Counted from the stretch's first letter, positions 8,417-17,125 are shown. The stretch is DNA of 32,289 nt from a virus (IMGVR_UViG_3300044641_003763:1-32289); one strand, 5' to 3'. Notes: a model not told the origin generated them from the letters alone. Numbers and translations: made by a program.

Positions 8417-8989
8417 ATGATAACAAGTATTCCAGAAGGGCAGATCTGTCAAGCATTTGATCCAATGATGATAATGCCAGAAAAAACATCACACATTACA
8501 AAATTTTTAAAAAAGCCTAGCACATCTTGTGTCGCTCCAGCATATGTATACATTGAAGGAACACACGGAAATAAGTTTCTATGTGATTATCATTATCATT
8601 ATGAAAAATTTAATGGAAACTATATTGACTATAGTGAGAATGGATTAATTGATAAAAGAGAGATAGTCCTTATTGATGAAAGAGAAAGAGTTAAAGAAAC
8701 TTTTGCAAAAAATGTAACAAGTACAGAAACCACAGGGAAAACCTGTTTCCTAGGAAGCGATAGCGGAAGAACAACTAATACATCAAATAACTGTATTGCA
8801 GAAGCACTTGTTAAAGCAACAGACAAGAATGGCAATCCTGTGTTTTTTTGTAATTTTCATTTTAGAAAAATTTATTACAGGTATGCCAGCAATGGCGAAA
8901 ACTATGAAGATTTTTATGAGATTCTAGATGAAAGATACAGAATGACCAGCACAATTATTGAAGAATCCCTAAACCTAAAGTGCATATAG
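8417..8989 (+). CDS. Tandem C3H zinc-finger (DUF7455-like) protein, paralog B
   Basis: Same start as paralog A (MITSIPEGQICQAFDP); same domain layout. Confidence 0.75.
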   Translation: MITSIPEGQICQAFDPMMIMPEKTSHITKFLKKPSTSCVAPAYVYIEGTHGNKFLCDYHYHYEKFNGNYIDYSENGLIDKREIVLIDERERVKETFAKNVTSTETTGKTCFLGSDSGRTTNTSNNCIAEALVKATDKNGNPVFFCNFHFRKIYYRYASNGENYEDFYEILDERYRMTSTIIEESLNLKCI

Positions 8990-8992
8990 CCT

Positions 8993-9021
8993 TTGACAAA
9001 TTGCCTAATCTGGTGTATAAT
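8993..9021 (+). promoter_or_regulatory. Consensus sigma70 promoter
   Basis: TTGACA-17 nt-TATAAT. Confidence 0.85.
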
Positions 9022-9072
9022 TAAAGATGTAGTAAAATTTTATTCAACTATCAATCAAAATAGGAGTACAAT

Positions 9073-9315
9073 ATGTTTACAATGATTAAGGATGAAGTAA
9101 AGCAAGAGTGGCAACTATCCCCAAAAGATCGCTGCGACAGATGCAACGCAGAAGCCCTGGTCCAGGTTACTGGAATAAGTGGAGATCTGTTATTCTGTGG
9201 ACACCACTACAACAAGATCATGGCTATCCCAGATGGATACAACAGCATGATGGCTTTTATGATTAGTATTGTTGATGAACGGGAAAAGTTAGACAAGGAC
9301 AGGCTAAAAGACTAA
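9073..9315 (+). CDS. DUF7455-like zinc-binding protein
   Basis: DRCDRC.AEA.V......LLFCGHH...IVDERE, an actinobacterial small-protein pattern. Confidence 0.75.
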   Translation: MFTMIKDEVKQEWQLSPKDRCDRCNAEALVQVTGISGDLLFCGHHYNKIMAIPDGYNSMMAFMISIVDEREKLDKDRLKD

Positions 9316-9316
9316 A

Positions 9317-10078
9317 ATGATTATTCAAATTATTGGACTACCTGGTTCTGGCAAAACAGAACTAGCAAAGTCACTAAAAGAACGCATTAACGCTATTCAT
9401 CTTAATGCAGATGAGGTTCGTGCAACAGTTAATTCAGACCTTGGGTTTACACCAGAGGATCGAATTGAGCAAGCACGACGCATGGGAGAAATGGCAAGAC
9501 TCATATCCAAGCAAGGCGTTGCTCCAGTAATCGTTGACTTTGTATGTCCTACAGATTTAACTCGTGCAGCATTTGGGAAGCCAGACATCTTGGTATTCAT
9601 GGATACAATTGCTGAGGGTAGATTTGAAGATACGAATAAAATGTTTGAACGACCAACCAATGCAGATGTTTCTTTCATTAGTCACAACTTAGATGCAGAA
9701 GCAAAGGCATCTCACATCATTGATAAGTTTAGTCTTCATGATTGGTCTGCACCTACAACTCTCATGCTGGGTAGGTATCAGCCTTGGCACGAAGGTCACC
9801 ACGCCCTTTACAAAGAGGCTGGTAGGAGAACTGAGCAAGTGCTTCTTGGAGTCCGTAATACCTACAACACAAGTGAGAAAGATCCACTTAAGTTTGATCA
9901 GGTAAAAGAGTATATTGCCAAAGATGAATTTATGGATGGTGCATTAGTATTAAGACTACCTAACATTACTAACATTGTATATGGCAGAGATGTCGGATAT
10001 AAGATTGAACAAGTAGATTTGGGGGCAGACATTCATGCTATATCGGCTACGCAAAAACGTAAAGAGATGGGTATCTAA
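9317..10078 (+). CDS. cysC: Adenylyl-sulfate kinase-like domain fused to HxGH nucleotidyltransferase domain
   Basis: GLPGSGKT, LNADEVR, DLGFTPEDRIEQARR; C-terminal GRYQPWHEGH and ISATQKR. Confidence 0.8.
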   Translation: MIIQIIGLPGSGKTELAKSLKERINAIHLNADEVRATVNSDLGFTPEDRIEQARRMGEMARLISKQGVAPVIVDFVCPTDLTRAAFGKPDILVFMDTIAEGRFEDTNKMFERPTNADVSFISHNLDAEAKASHIIDKFSLHDWSAPTTLMLGRYQPWHEGHHALYKEAGRRTEQVLLGVRNTYNTSEKDPLKFDQVKEYIAKDEFMDGALVLRLPNITNIVYGRDVGYKIEQVDLGADIHAISATQKRKEMGI

Positions 10079-10126
10079 GGTTTGGAACATAATCAGTAAA
10101 GGTCCTAAAAATATGGAGTGGCCAGC

Positions 10127-10330
10127 ATGAATGTATCTAAACAAAGATCAGCACTAAAGGCTATTACCTGGCGTATAATTGGAACAGCAGATACATTTGC
10201 TATTGCTTGGCTTATAACCAAAGAGCCAGTTACAGCAGGCGCAATCGCAAGTTTCGAGGTAGTTACAAAAACAATCCTTTATTACTTCCATGAGCGTGGT
10301 TGGAATAAAGTTAAATGGGGGAGAAAATAA
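10127..10330 (+). CDS. DUF2061-like membrane protein
   Basis: RSALKAITWRIIGT...KTILYYFHERGW. Confidence 0.85.
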   Translation: MNVSKQRSALKAITWRIIGTADTFAIAWLITKEPVTAGAIASFEVVTKTILYYFHERGWNKVKWGRK

Positions 10331-10737
10331 TGTTTGAATATTATGTAAAGAAAGTAACAAAGGTCGTTGATGGAGATACCATTGATGTCGATATTGATTT
10401 AGGGTTTGACATTTCTTTTAGTTCAAGAGTCAGACTGGCTGGAATTGATACACCTGAGTCTCGTACAGCAGACAAGGCTGAAAAGGCTTTAGGGCTGGAA
10501 GCAAAGGCTTATTTGAAGGCTGCCATTGAGAGTGCTAAGTCTGTAGTTATTAAGACAGAGAAGATGAACTCGTCTGAAAAGTTTGGTCGTATTCTTGGTT
10601 GGGTTTATCTTGATGGAGACACCGTTTCTATTAATGATAAGATGATCAATGATGGACATGCTTGGGGATACATGGGAGAAACAAAGGTCAAAGATTTTGA
10701 CGCTTTGAAGAAGGCCAGAGCAAAGTCTGGAAAGTGA
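10330..10737 (+). CDS. Thermonuclease (SNase-like)
   Basis: VVDGDTI, VRLAGIDTPE, KFGRILG. Confidence 0.92.
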   Translation: MFEYYVKKVTKVVDGDTIDVDIDLGFDISFSSRVRLAGIDTPESRTADKAEKALGLEAKAYLKAAIESAKSVVIKTEKMNSSEKFGRILGWVYLDGDTVSINDKMINDGHAWGYMGETKVKDFDALKKARAKSGK

Positions 10738-11303
10738 TGACAGATTTTAAAATAAATGTAGTAGAAAATTTTATAACTTTAGAAGATGCCGACACACTTG
10801 TAAGTTATATAAAAAATAACTGTTTAGATAAAAACAAATTTTATGTACCCCTAAGACATAGAATTGAGAATAAGGTAAGGTATGAGTCACACATACCAGA
10901 ACGAAACACATTCTCAGATCACTCAGAAGTACTACATTTATTAAAAAAATACTCTGATAAATTTTTACTAGAGTGTAATCTTTTTTTTAAAGATAGTGAA
11001 GAGATATACCTAGCATCACTTTTTATGCTAATGTTGGGACCAGAAAGCATTCTTACGGAGCATGCAGACAACCATAAGGGGGCAGAGCATTTATTTAGAA
11101 GCGGGATTATTTATTTAAATGAAGATTTTGATGGAGGATATTTAAATTTTCCACATAGAAATCTTACAATTAAGCCAAAAAGGTTAAGTCTTGTTATTTT
11201 TGAGTCTACAGAGGTACACAAGATCACTGAGGTTTTATCTGGTGTAAGAATGTCAATGCCTATTTGGGCAACGAACATAAAAGAAAAAGAAATATCCTAT
11301 TAA
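10734..11303 (+). CDS. 2OG-Fe(II) oxygenase
   Basis: HAD, YLNEDFDGG, H.ITEV.SG.R. Confidence 0.88.
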   Translation: MMTDFKINVVENFITLEDADTLVSYIKNNCLDKNKFYVPLRHRIENKVRYESHIPERNTFSDHSEVLHLLKKYSDKFLLECNLFFKDSEEIYLASLFMLMLGPESILTEHADNHKGAEHLFRSGIIYLNEDFDGGYLNFPHRNLTIKPKRLSLVIFESTEVHKITEVLSGVRMSMPIWATNIKEKEISY

Positions 11304-11337
11304 GTTCAAAGAATGTCAAAGAGAGGTTGATTAAATA

Positions 11338-11559
11338 ATGAGCGCAAAAAGCGAGGCATTGGTAGAGCATTTAATTATGCAAGGGGCTATTGAGATGGCT
11401 GGTATTGATGACAAGGGAGAGATGCTTTATTCTATTACCGATAAACTTGAAGTAGTTAGTCCAGAACTATATTCAGAACTAACCGAACAATATAAGCACC
11501 ACATGTTTCAAATGATAAAACAAGGTCCTAAAGCCATGAACTGGAGACTAAGAGTTTAA
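11338..11559 (+). CDS. Hypothetical protein
   Basis: SD GAGG; plausible ORF. Confidence 0.7.
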   Translation: MSAKSEALVEHLIMQGAIEMAGIDDKGEMLYSITDKLEVVSPELYSELTEQYKHHMFQMIKQGPKAMNWRLRV

Positions 11560-11617
11560 ACAAATAGCGTTTATCAATTTGTTTTACATTCTGCGAGAAA
11601 AGTGATACAATGGTTAC

Positions 11618-12043
11618 TTGGGGGTATTTATGAACAACTTGTACGGAGCATTGGCTTTAACTGTTCCTTTATTATTAATAATAGGATATGTAGTATTCTT
11701 TAAAAATAAAACAGTTTATGAGCCTATGATGACTCAGGCTATGATTCATAATCAATACTCTAAGCAAAAAAAATATATTGAAAAAATAAACAAAAAAAGT
11801 CAATCAAAAATTCGTCAAGAAAAAGAAAATGTTAAAGTAATTATTGTTGAAGATACTGCTTATTGGATAAAGGACAATGCTTTTTATACAGCACCAATGG
11901 TAGATGACCTGATTAGCAAAGATTCTGCTGTACAAGTTGACACAAGCAACATGGATAGGGTACAATTAGACAAGATGTTGTTCATATTAGACAAACTAAG
12001 AGAAGGGATAAGCAATGATAGTAGGGGTGCAGGGAACGCCTAG
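11618..12043 (+). CDS. Membrane-anchored hypothetical protein (start 11618 TTG or 11630 ATG)
   Basis: Promoter TTTACA-17 nt-TACAAT at 11583-11611; N-terminal TM helix. Confidence 0.75.
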   Translation: MGVFMNNLYGALALTVPLLLIIGYVVFFKNKTVYEPMMTQAMIHNQYSKQKKYIEKINKKSQSKIRQEKENVKVIIVEDTAYWIKDNAFYTAPMVDDLISKDSAVQVDTSNMDRVQLDKMLFILDKLREGISNDSRGAGNA

Positions 12044-12365
12044 TTTCAATAACTATAACATTTTTCTTAGAGCAATGGCAGTTGCCTTATCTGAACTAGA
12101 AGAAAGTGAAAAAGATTTTTACTTGTATACGGCTGGTCCAGGAAACATTAGCGCAATGGCATCTGAGTTTGTTAATCTTTCTGAAAGAGGAATGAAGTCT
12201 AGAGGAAAGACTATCAAGTTATTCAGAGTTACACCTGAATGGATTGAAGAAAACATAGACAGTTTTAATCATTTTGCTTTTGTTTCTAATCCAAAAGAGC
12301 AGGCTTCTCGAATAGTAAATTTATCAAGATCAAAAAACATCAACACAAACGTATATAACTTCTAA
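12015..12365 (+). CDS. Hypothetical protein, possibly SLOG/YspA-like
   Basis: N-terminal MIVGVQGT.SF.NY resembles the SLOG strand-loop; weak. Confidence 0.6.
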   Translation: MIVGVQGTPSFNNYNIFLRAMAVALSELEESEKDFYLYTAGPGNISAMASEFVNLSERGMKSRGKTIKLFRVTPEWIEENIDSFNHFAFVSNPKEQASRIVNLSRSKNINTNVYNF

Positions 12366-12377
12366 GGAGTACACACA

Positions 12378-12590
12378 ATGGTATCAATCAGTTCTCTTGA
12401 ACAAATGGAAGCAATTGTTTCCAAGAGCAGCAACCTTTCCTGGGATGGATGGGATGTTGTAGAGATGACAAGGTCAGATAAGGCCTTTACATCAAAGCAA
12501 GGAGCATTAAAAAATAATGCTTGGCACTTAAAAAAGATTTTTGTCGTTTCTAGAACTGGATGGGAAATACCTGACAAGTATGTAAGGTAG
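12378..12590 (+). CDS. Hypothetical protein
   Basis: SD AAGGAG; Trp-rich (LSWDGWDVV). Confidence 0.8.
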   Translation: MVSISSLEQMEAIVSKSSNLSWDGWDVVEMTRSDKAFTSKQGALKNNAWHLKKIFVVSRTGWEIPDKYVR

Positions 12591-12591
12591 C

Positions 12592-12873
12592 ATGAATAGG
12601 TATGAGTGGAAAGATGATGCTGCATGCTTGGACTATGACACAAATGTATTCTTTGACAAGTACGAAGAAGATGAACTTCTAAGACCTGCAGTAGACCTAA
12701 TGTGTTCTAATTGTTCTGTAAGAAAAGAGTGCTTTTCTGTAGGAATATCTGGGAAAGAATGGGGAGTTTGGGGTGGTGTATACTTGGAAAATGGAGAAGT
12801 CTCTAAAGAGTTTTCTAGCCACAAGAGTAAGACTGACTGGGGAAAAACTTGGCAGTCGTTAACAATGGAGTAA
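12592..12873 (+). CDS. whiB: WhiB family Fe-S transcriptional regulator
   Basis: W...A.C...D...FF, C..C.VR.EC, WGVWGG. Confidence 0.92.
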   Translation: MNRYEWKDDAACLDYDTNVFFDKYEEDELLRPAVDLMCSNCSVRKECFSVGISGKEWGVWGGVYLENGEVSKEFSSHKSKTDWGKTWQSLTME

Positions 12874-12874
12874 T

Positions 12875-13114
12875 ATGTATACAGACCAAATGAGAAGAGC
12901 GTTCAGATCATTGCACTGCCCCAAGGGGTTTTCTTTACAGATCATTGACAATGATAGTTTCATTACTGTAAAAGCAAAAGAAAAAGACTTTATGTCTTTA
13001 GAAACAGTTGAACTTAAAAAGCAGGCTGTAGAGTATATGATCCGTGTTAAAAAAGCACTAGAAGATAATGGAGCGATTGTTCTATTAGTAAGAGAGGGTG
13101 GAAAAGAACTATGA
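12875..13114 (+). CDS. Hypothetical protein
   Basis: Tightly coupled ORF with SD GGAG. Confidence 0.8.
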   Translation: MYTDQMRRAFRSLHCPKGFSLQIIDNDSFITVKAKEKDFMSLETVELKKQAVEYMIRVKKALEDNGAIVLLVREGGKEL

Positions 13115-13518
13115 TTGAGTTAATTTTTATATGTATCTTGTCTTCTTTAACCTTGCTTTTCTTATCCCTATATGTTCTACAAAAAAGGGCTAACAAGGCT
13201 CTTATCGCTAAAACTTTAGAGGCTTTGTTGATGCAGCAATTAACCAGTAATATAAACAAAACAGACAAAGATCAGTCTAATGAGGATTTTTTGAAATTTG
13301 TTTCAGATTCTCGTGATTGGGCATACCAATATATAGAAGAGGTTCAAAAAGGATTAGATAATTTTATTACTGATATTGAGCCTGAGATATCCTACTTTGA
13401 TGAATATGGGGTGGTCGGATCAGCCTACCCACACTACCACTCAATGAAGAAAATTTCAGGAGCATATAAAGAATTAAAGAAACTACTGCCAGAAGATTAT
13501 GGTAGAATAGATACATGA
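13111..13518 (+). CDS. Membrane-anchored hypothetical protein
   Basis: ATGA overlap; N-terminal TM. Confidence 0.8.
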   Translation: MIELIFICILSSLTLLFLSLYVLQKRANKALIAKTLEALLMQQLTSNINKTDKDQSNEDFLKFVSDSRDWAYQYIEEVQKGLDNFITDIEPEISYFDEYGVVGSAYPHYHSMKKISGAYKELKKLLPEDYGRIDT

Positions 13519-14117
13519 TTAAAAGTCCTTCAGAAAAAGATGAGATATATTTAGCAAATGTTGCAAAAATAGGAAACTCTACAGACAATATACAGTATAT
13601 AGAAAAAGTTTTGTCCGAAGAAGAGCACACAAATCTTCTTAATTACGTAAAAAATGCCAGATCTTGGGAAAAGCAACCATGGGAAGCCATAACTATTGAA
13701 TCAGAAAGTTTGCCTGAAGAAATTCTCACAACACTAAATAAAGTATTTCAACTTGTTTATAAAAAGTCTGTAGAACTTTATAATGTGGATATTAATCCTT
13801 TTCATAAGTCTGCAATACATCTGGTTAAGTTTGTAAAGGGTTTTTCTTTAGATCCTCATGTGGACACCCTTTCGTCTGAGGGTAATCATATTGCTTCAGT
13901 ATATTATATTAACGACGACTATACTGGTGGAGAAATCAACTTCCCAGACCATAAGTTACAAATTAAACCAAAACCTAATAGTTTAATAATTTTCCCTGGA
14001 AATGAAAATTATTTGCACGAAGTGCTTGAAATTGTAGACAATGACAGATATAGTTCAGCCATGTGGTTTCAATTTACTGGCTCCAGTTTTAACAAAAAAG
14101 CAGAATGGTATAATTAA
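13515..14117 (+). CDS. 2OG-Fe(II) oxygenase
   Basis: HVD, YINDDYTGGEI, FPGN..YLHEV, RYS; TGgTAGAAT 6 nt upstream. Confidence 0.9.
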   Translation: MIKSPSEKDEIYLANVAKIGNSTDNIQYIEKVLSEEEHTNLLNYVKNARSWEKQPWEAITIESESLPEEILTTLNKVFQLVYKKSVELYNVDINPFHKSAIHLVKFVKGFSLDPHVDTLSSEGNHIASVYYINDDYTGGEINFPDHKLQIKPKPNSLIIFPGNENYLHEVLEIVDNDRYSSAMWFQFTGSSFNKKAEWYN

Positions 14118-14120
14118 TAT

Positions 14121-14675
14121 ATGACAAATAAAAACTTAGGAAACTCTGTAGACAATATAAAAATCACAGAAAATGTTTTATCTAAAGAAGAGCATAAGCA
14201 ACTACTTGACTATGCTATTAATATAGATTCTTGGAATGTTCAGCCTTGGGGAGTTCAAACATTTTCACCAGAAAAAATGCCAAAAGAAATTTCTAAAATT
14301 CTGGATAAGGTTTTTATGCTTGCTTATCAAAAATGTATAGACTCCTACAATGTAGAACTTTATTCTTTTGAAAATGAAAGAACGCCTTTAGTTAAATTTG
14401 AAAAAAATTATAAAATGAACGAGCATGCAGATACCGCAGGAGATTTTGCAGTTATATACTATCTTAACGATGATTATGATGGAGGAGAAATAAACTTTAT
14501 GGATCATAACCTAAAGATTAAGCCAAAGTCTAACAGTTTTATTACCTTCCCTAGCAATTCAGACTACTGGCATGAGGTGCTTGAAAATACTTTAAAAGAA
14601 AGGTATTCTGCTACTCAATGGTTTAAGTATGCTGGATCCAGTGTGCAAAGACCAGCACTAGGTTTAGTCAGATGA
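14121..14675 (+). CDS. 2OG-Fe(II) oxygenase (paralog of the upstream gene)
   Basis: HAD, YLNDDYDGGEI, YWHEV, RYS; shared GNS.DNI...E.VLS.EEH..LL.Y. Confidence 0.9.
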   Translation: MTNKNLGNSVDNIKITENVLSKEEHKQLLDYAINIDSWNVQPWGVQTFSPEKMPKEISKILDKVFMLAYQKCIDSYNVELYSFENERTPLVKFEKNYKMNEHADTAGDFAVIYYLNDDYDGGEINFMDHNLKIKPKSNSFITFPSNSDYWHEVLENTLKERYSATQWFKYAGSSVQRPALGLVR

Positions 14676-14824
14676 TAACTTTTAAGTCATACGAAGATCT
14701 AGAGCACATTGCTTTTTATTATTGTCATGTGCTAGATTGTAAACTTGAAGCAGAAAAATTATATGCAACCGAAACACAGATTAGAGATGTCTGTATAAAT
14801 CATTATACAGAACTAACAAAGTAA
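14672..14824 (+). CDS. Small C3H zinc-finger protein (50 aa)
   Basis: ATGA overlap; CHVLDCKLEA...DVCINH. Confidence 0.65.
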   Translation: MITFKSYEDLEHIAFYYCHVLDCKLEAEKLYATETQIRDVCINHYTELTK

Positions 14825-14841
14825 TATCCTAGGAGGAAAAA

Positions 14842-15141
14842 ATGAACGAACAAATCAAAGCAGTACTAGCGTCATATGGAAGATCAGTTCTTGGTGCAGC
14901 AACAGCGTTGTATGCATCTGGAGTAACAGATCCACAGACACTTGCATACTCATTACTTGGTGCGCTTGTACCAGTTGTATTGAGAGCAGCCAACCCTTCA
15001 GACACAGCATTCGGAAGAATGCCTTCAGTTGAAGAGGTTGATAAGGCAGTTAAGTCTGCAAAGGTTGTTAAGAAGACCGCAAAGAAGGCTCCTGTAAAGA
15101 AGTCATCAGGTGGCGGAAGAACAAATAGCCAAGTAAAGTAA
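14842..15141 (+). CDS. Holin-like membrane protein with Lys/Ala-rich tail
   Basis: SD AGGAGG; SYGRS..., LRAANP.D.AFG, typical of small actinophage membrane proteins. Confidence 0.7.
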   Translation: MNEQIKAVLASYGRSVLGAATALYASGVTDPQTLAYSLLGALVPVVLRAANPSDTAFGRMPSVEEVDKAVKSAKVVKKTAKKAPVKKSSGGGRTNSQVK

Positions 15142-15155
15142 TTTTGCTATAGACT

Positions 15156-15190
15156 AGCAGGCTTGTTATTTAGCAGGCCTGCTTTTCTAT
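15156..15190 (+). terminator. Intrinsic terminator between convergent genes
   Basis: AGCAGGCTTGTT/AGCAGGCCTGCT hairpin followed by a T-rich tail. Confidence 0.75.
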
Positions 15191-15194
15191 TTCA

Positions 15195-15869
15195 TTACGA
15201 GTTTCTTTTAATATATATATCATGAAACCCAAGATTATGCAAAACTAATGCATCAACAGACCAGTTTGTATTAAAGTGTAAAAATTCATTTACGCTTTGG
15301 TATATACCGACATGGCCTTCATACATTAGACTATCATAATTTATATAAGAGGTTAATCCTATAACCCCACCAACATTAACTAATTTTGCTGAATCTGATA
15401 TTAGTTTTCTTGTCATAAGTCTTTCTCTTCCGATGTCTAAAAGTATAAGGTCATACCTTTTATTTAAAATAGGAAGCACATCTATCGCATCTCCCTTTAT
15501 AGTATTTACATTGGGGTAGTGAGAAAATTTATTTTTTATATGTTCTTCGTGAGTTATTGACTTATCTTCTGGAGCGTTGCCACCTGGGTGTAAAACTCCA
15601 GGAGCGTTATTGTACCAATCTAAAAGATCTGCACTTGTAGCATTTGTCTGGCCTATAAAAATATCAGCAGAGTTACCCCATCCAACACCAACTTCTAAAT
15701 ATACTATATTTTTATTTAAAGTTTTTGCGTATTCATATTTTGAAGTAAAGATTCTCGCATTATTTAGTTGATTTTGAGATATAGGTCTTGCTATTTCTAT
15801 TTCATTATACCCATATTCTTTTTCTTCATGATACTCTAATGGACCCTTTATAACTTTGTGACTATTCAT
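15195..15869 (-). CDS. Class I SAM-dependent methyltransferase (Methyltransf_24-like)
   Basis: YLEVGVGWG, KGDA, YDLILLD, VGGVI. Confidence 0.85.
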   Translation of the reverse strand: MNSHKVIKGPLEYHEEKEYGYNEIEIARPISQNQLNNARIFTSKYEYAKTLNKNIVYLEVGVGWGNSADIFIGQTNATSADLLDWYNNAPGVLHPGGNAPEDKSITHEEHIKNKFSHYPNVNTIKGDAIDVLPILNKRYDLILLDIGRERLMTRKLISDSAKLVNVGGVIGLTSYINYDSLMYEGHVGIYQSVNEFLHFNTNWSVDALVLHNLGFHDIYIKRNS

Positions 15870-15875
15870 ATTTTA

Positions 15876-15903
15876 ATTATACCATATGGGGATATGCTAT
15901 AAT
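15876..15903. promoter_or_regulatory. Back-to-back divergent extended -10 promoters
   Basis: TGgTATAAT on - (15876-15884) and TGcTATAAT on + (15895-15903), each 6 nt from an ATG. Confidence 0.8.
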
Positions 15904-15909
15904 TTAAGT

Positions 15910-16524
15910 ATGACCAAAATAACAAAGAATGACCTAATATTGGCAACAGAACAAAAAAGAATTCATGTATCAAGAAATTTTCTTACAAAGACTCCTTCTT
16001 GGTCAGACATATCAGATATATATGATTTAGATAAAAAGGTAGTGCATATGTCTTTTGGATCATTTCAGGCACAAGAAAAAGAAATTATATTCTATTATTA
16101 CAAAGATATACTCCATAGAATCAATGAAGTTTATAAAGGGTACTTTCTTTTTGGTATGGTAATAGTGCATTTTATAAATAGAAATAATAATATTATTGGT
16201 GATCCCGATTGTTTAAGTTTGTTTAACAGGTTTCGTGAAAACAACCCTAAAAAAATTCCAGATAATATTACTATTAAAGATCATGGGATAGATGGAGATT
16301 TTTGGAATCCTAAAGTACACTTTGATAGAGAAAACAGGTTCTTTGTACAAGGTGGTGGACAAAGCCTATGGAGACTTTTTGATGATTCAGAAAATTTGAT
16401 TGATGCAATTATCTTAAACCCAGGTGACCTAGCATATATTCCAAAAGGTGTAAGGCACAGTGTTGAGTCTGTAGGTCCAAGACACTCAATAAGTATAGCC
16501 TTTTCTGATGAACCTGTGCTATAA
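15910..16524 (+). CDS. JmjC/cupin oxygenase (YcfD/cupin_4-like)
   Basis: HFD...FFVQG.G..LW, LNPGDLAYIPKG..H; leaderless ATG at 15910. Confidence 0.8.
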   Translation: MTKITKNDLILATEQKRIHVSRNFLTKTPSWSDISDIYDLDKKVVHMSFGSFQAQEKEIIFYYYKDILHRINEVYKGYFLFGMVIVHFINRNNNIIGDPDCLSLFNRFRENNPKKIPDNITIKDHGIDGDFWNPKVHFDRENRFFVQGGGQSLWRLFDDSENLIDAIILNPGDLAYIPKGVRHSVESVGPRHSISIAFSDEPVL

Positions 16525-16530
16525 TATTAA

Positions 16531-16582
16531 TACCTGCCCAAATGGGGGGTAAATTAACTTATTCGCTTGAAAGGGGAATAAC
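16531..16582 (+). promoter_or_regulatory. hsp20 5' UTR, ROSE-like RNA thermometer candidate
   Basis: Promoter TGcTATAAT 16517-16525; hairpin 16531-16551; SD-occluding hairpin TTATTC-G-CTT-GAAA-GGG-GAATAA 16559-16581. Confidence 0.6.
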
Positions 16583-16987
16583 ATGGTAAAAACAGCACTG
16601 GATCTTTTTAATGATCCTTTTTTCAACACCTTCTCAAATTTTCAGAAGGTAACAACAACAACAAACTATCCACCTTATAACCAGATTAAACTAAATGATA
16701 AAGAATATATTCTTTCATTTGCTTTGGCTGGATTCTCTAAGGATGATGTCTCAGTATCGCTAGACAATCGCAAACTTACAATCAAGGGCGAAAAGCAGGA
16801 TGCTGAGTTACCAGAGGGTGCAGAGTATCTACACAAGGGAATTGCTGCTCGCAAGTTTACAGATATCTTTACCCTTCCTGAGTTCGTTGAAGTTATTGGG
16901 GCTGAATTTAAAGATGGTATCTTAGATGTCAAACTTGAAAAGCAGATCCCAGAAGACAAACTTCCAAAGACTATTGAAATTCAGTAG
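16583..16987 (+). CDS. Small heat shock protein (Hsp20/IbpA family)
   Basis: YPPYN, ALAGFSK, YLHKGIAARKF...F.L, A.FKDGIL. Confidence 0.95.
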   Translation: MVKTALDLFNDPFFNTFSNFQKVTTTTNYPPYNQIKLNDKEYILSFALAGFSKDDVSVSLDNRKLTIKGEKQDAELPEGAEYLHKGIAARKFTDIFTLPEFVEVIGAEFKDGILDVKLEKQIPEDKLPKTIEIQ

Positions 16988-17000
16988 TATAATGGATAAC

Positions 17001-17103
17001 ATTCCGTCATGATACATGCAGTTGCTTTTAGCAACCTTATTGCTGAGTACGGATAAGCCAGGGTCGCACCCTGGGAGACCTGAGCAAGTCTATAAACTGC
17101 TCC
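17001..17103 (+). ncRNA. Candidate structured ncRNA ending in pseudoknot copy 2
   Basis: TATAAT 16988-16993 with no credible ORF after it; stems TCCGT/ACGGA, GTTGCT/AGCAAC, CCAGG/CCTGG; pseudoknot 17076-17102. Confidence 0.55.
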
Positions 17104-17125
17104 ATTGACATGCTACAATATAATT

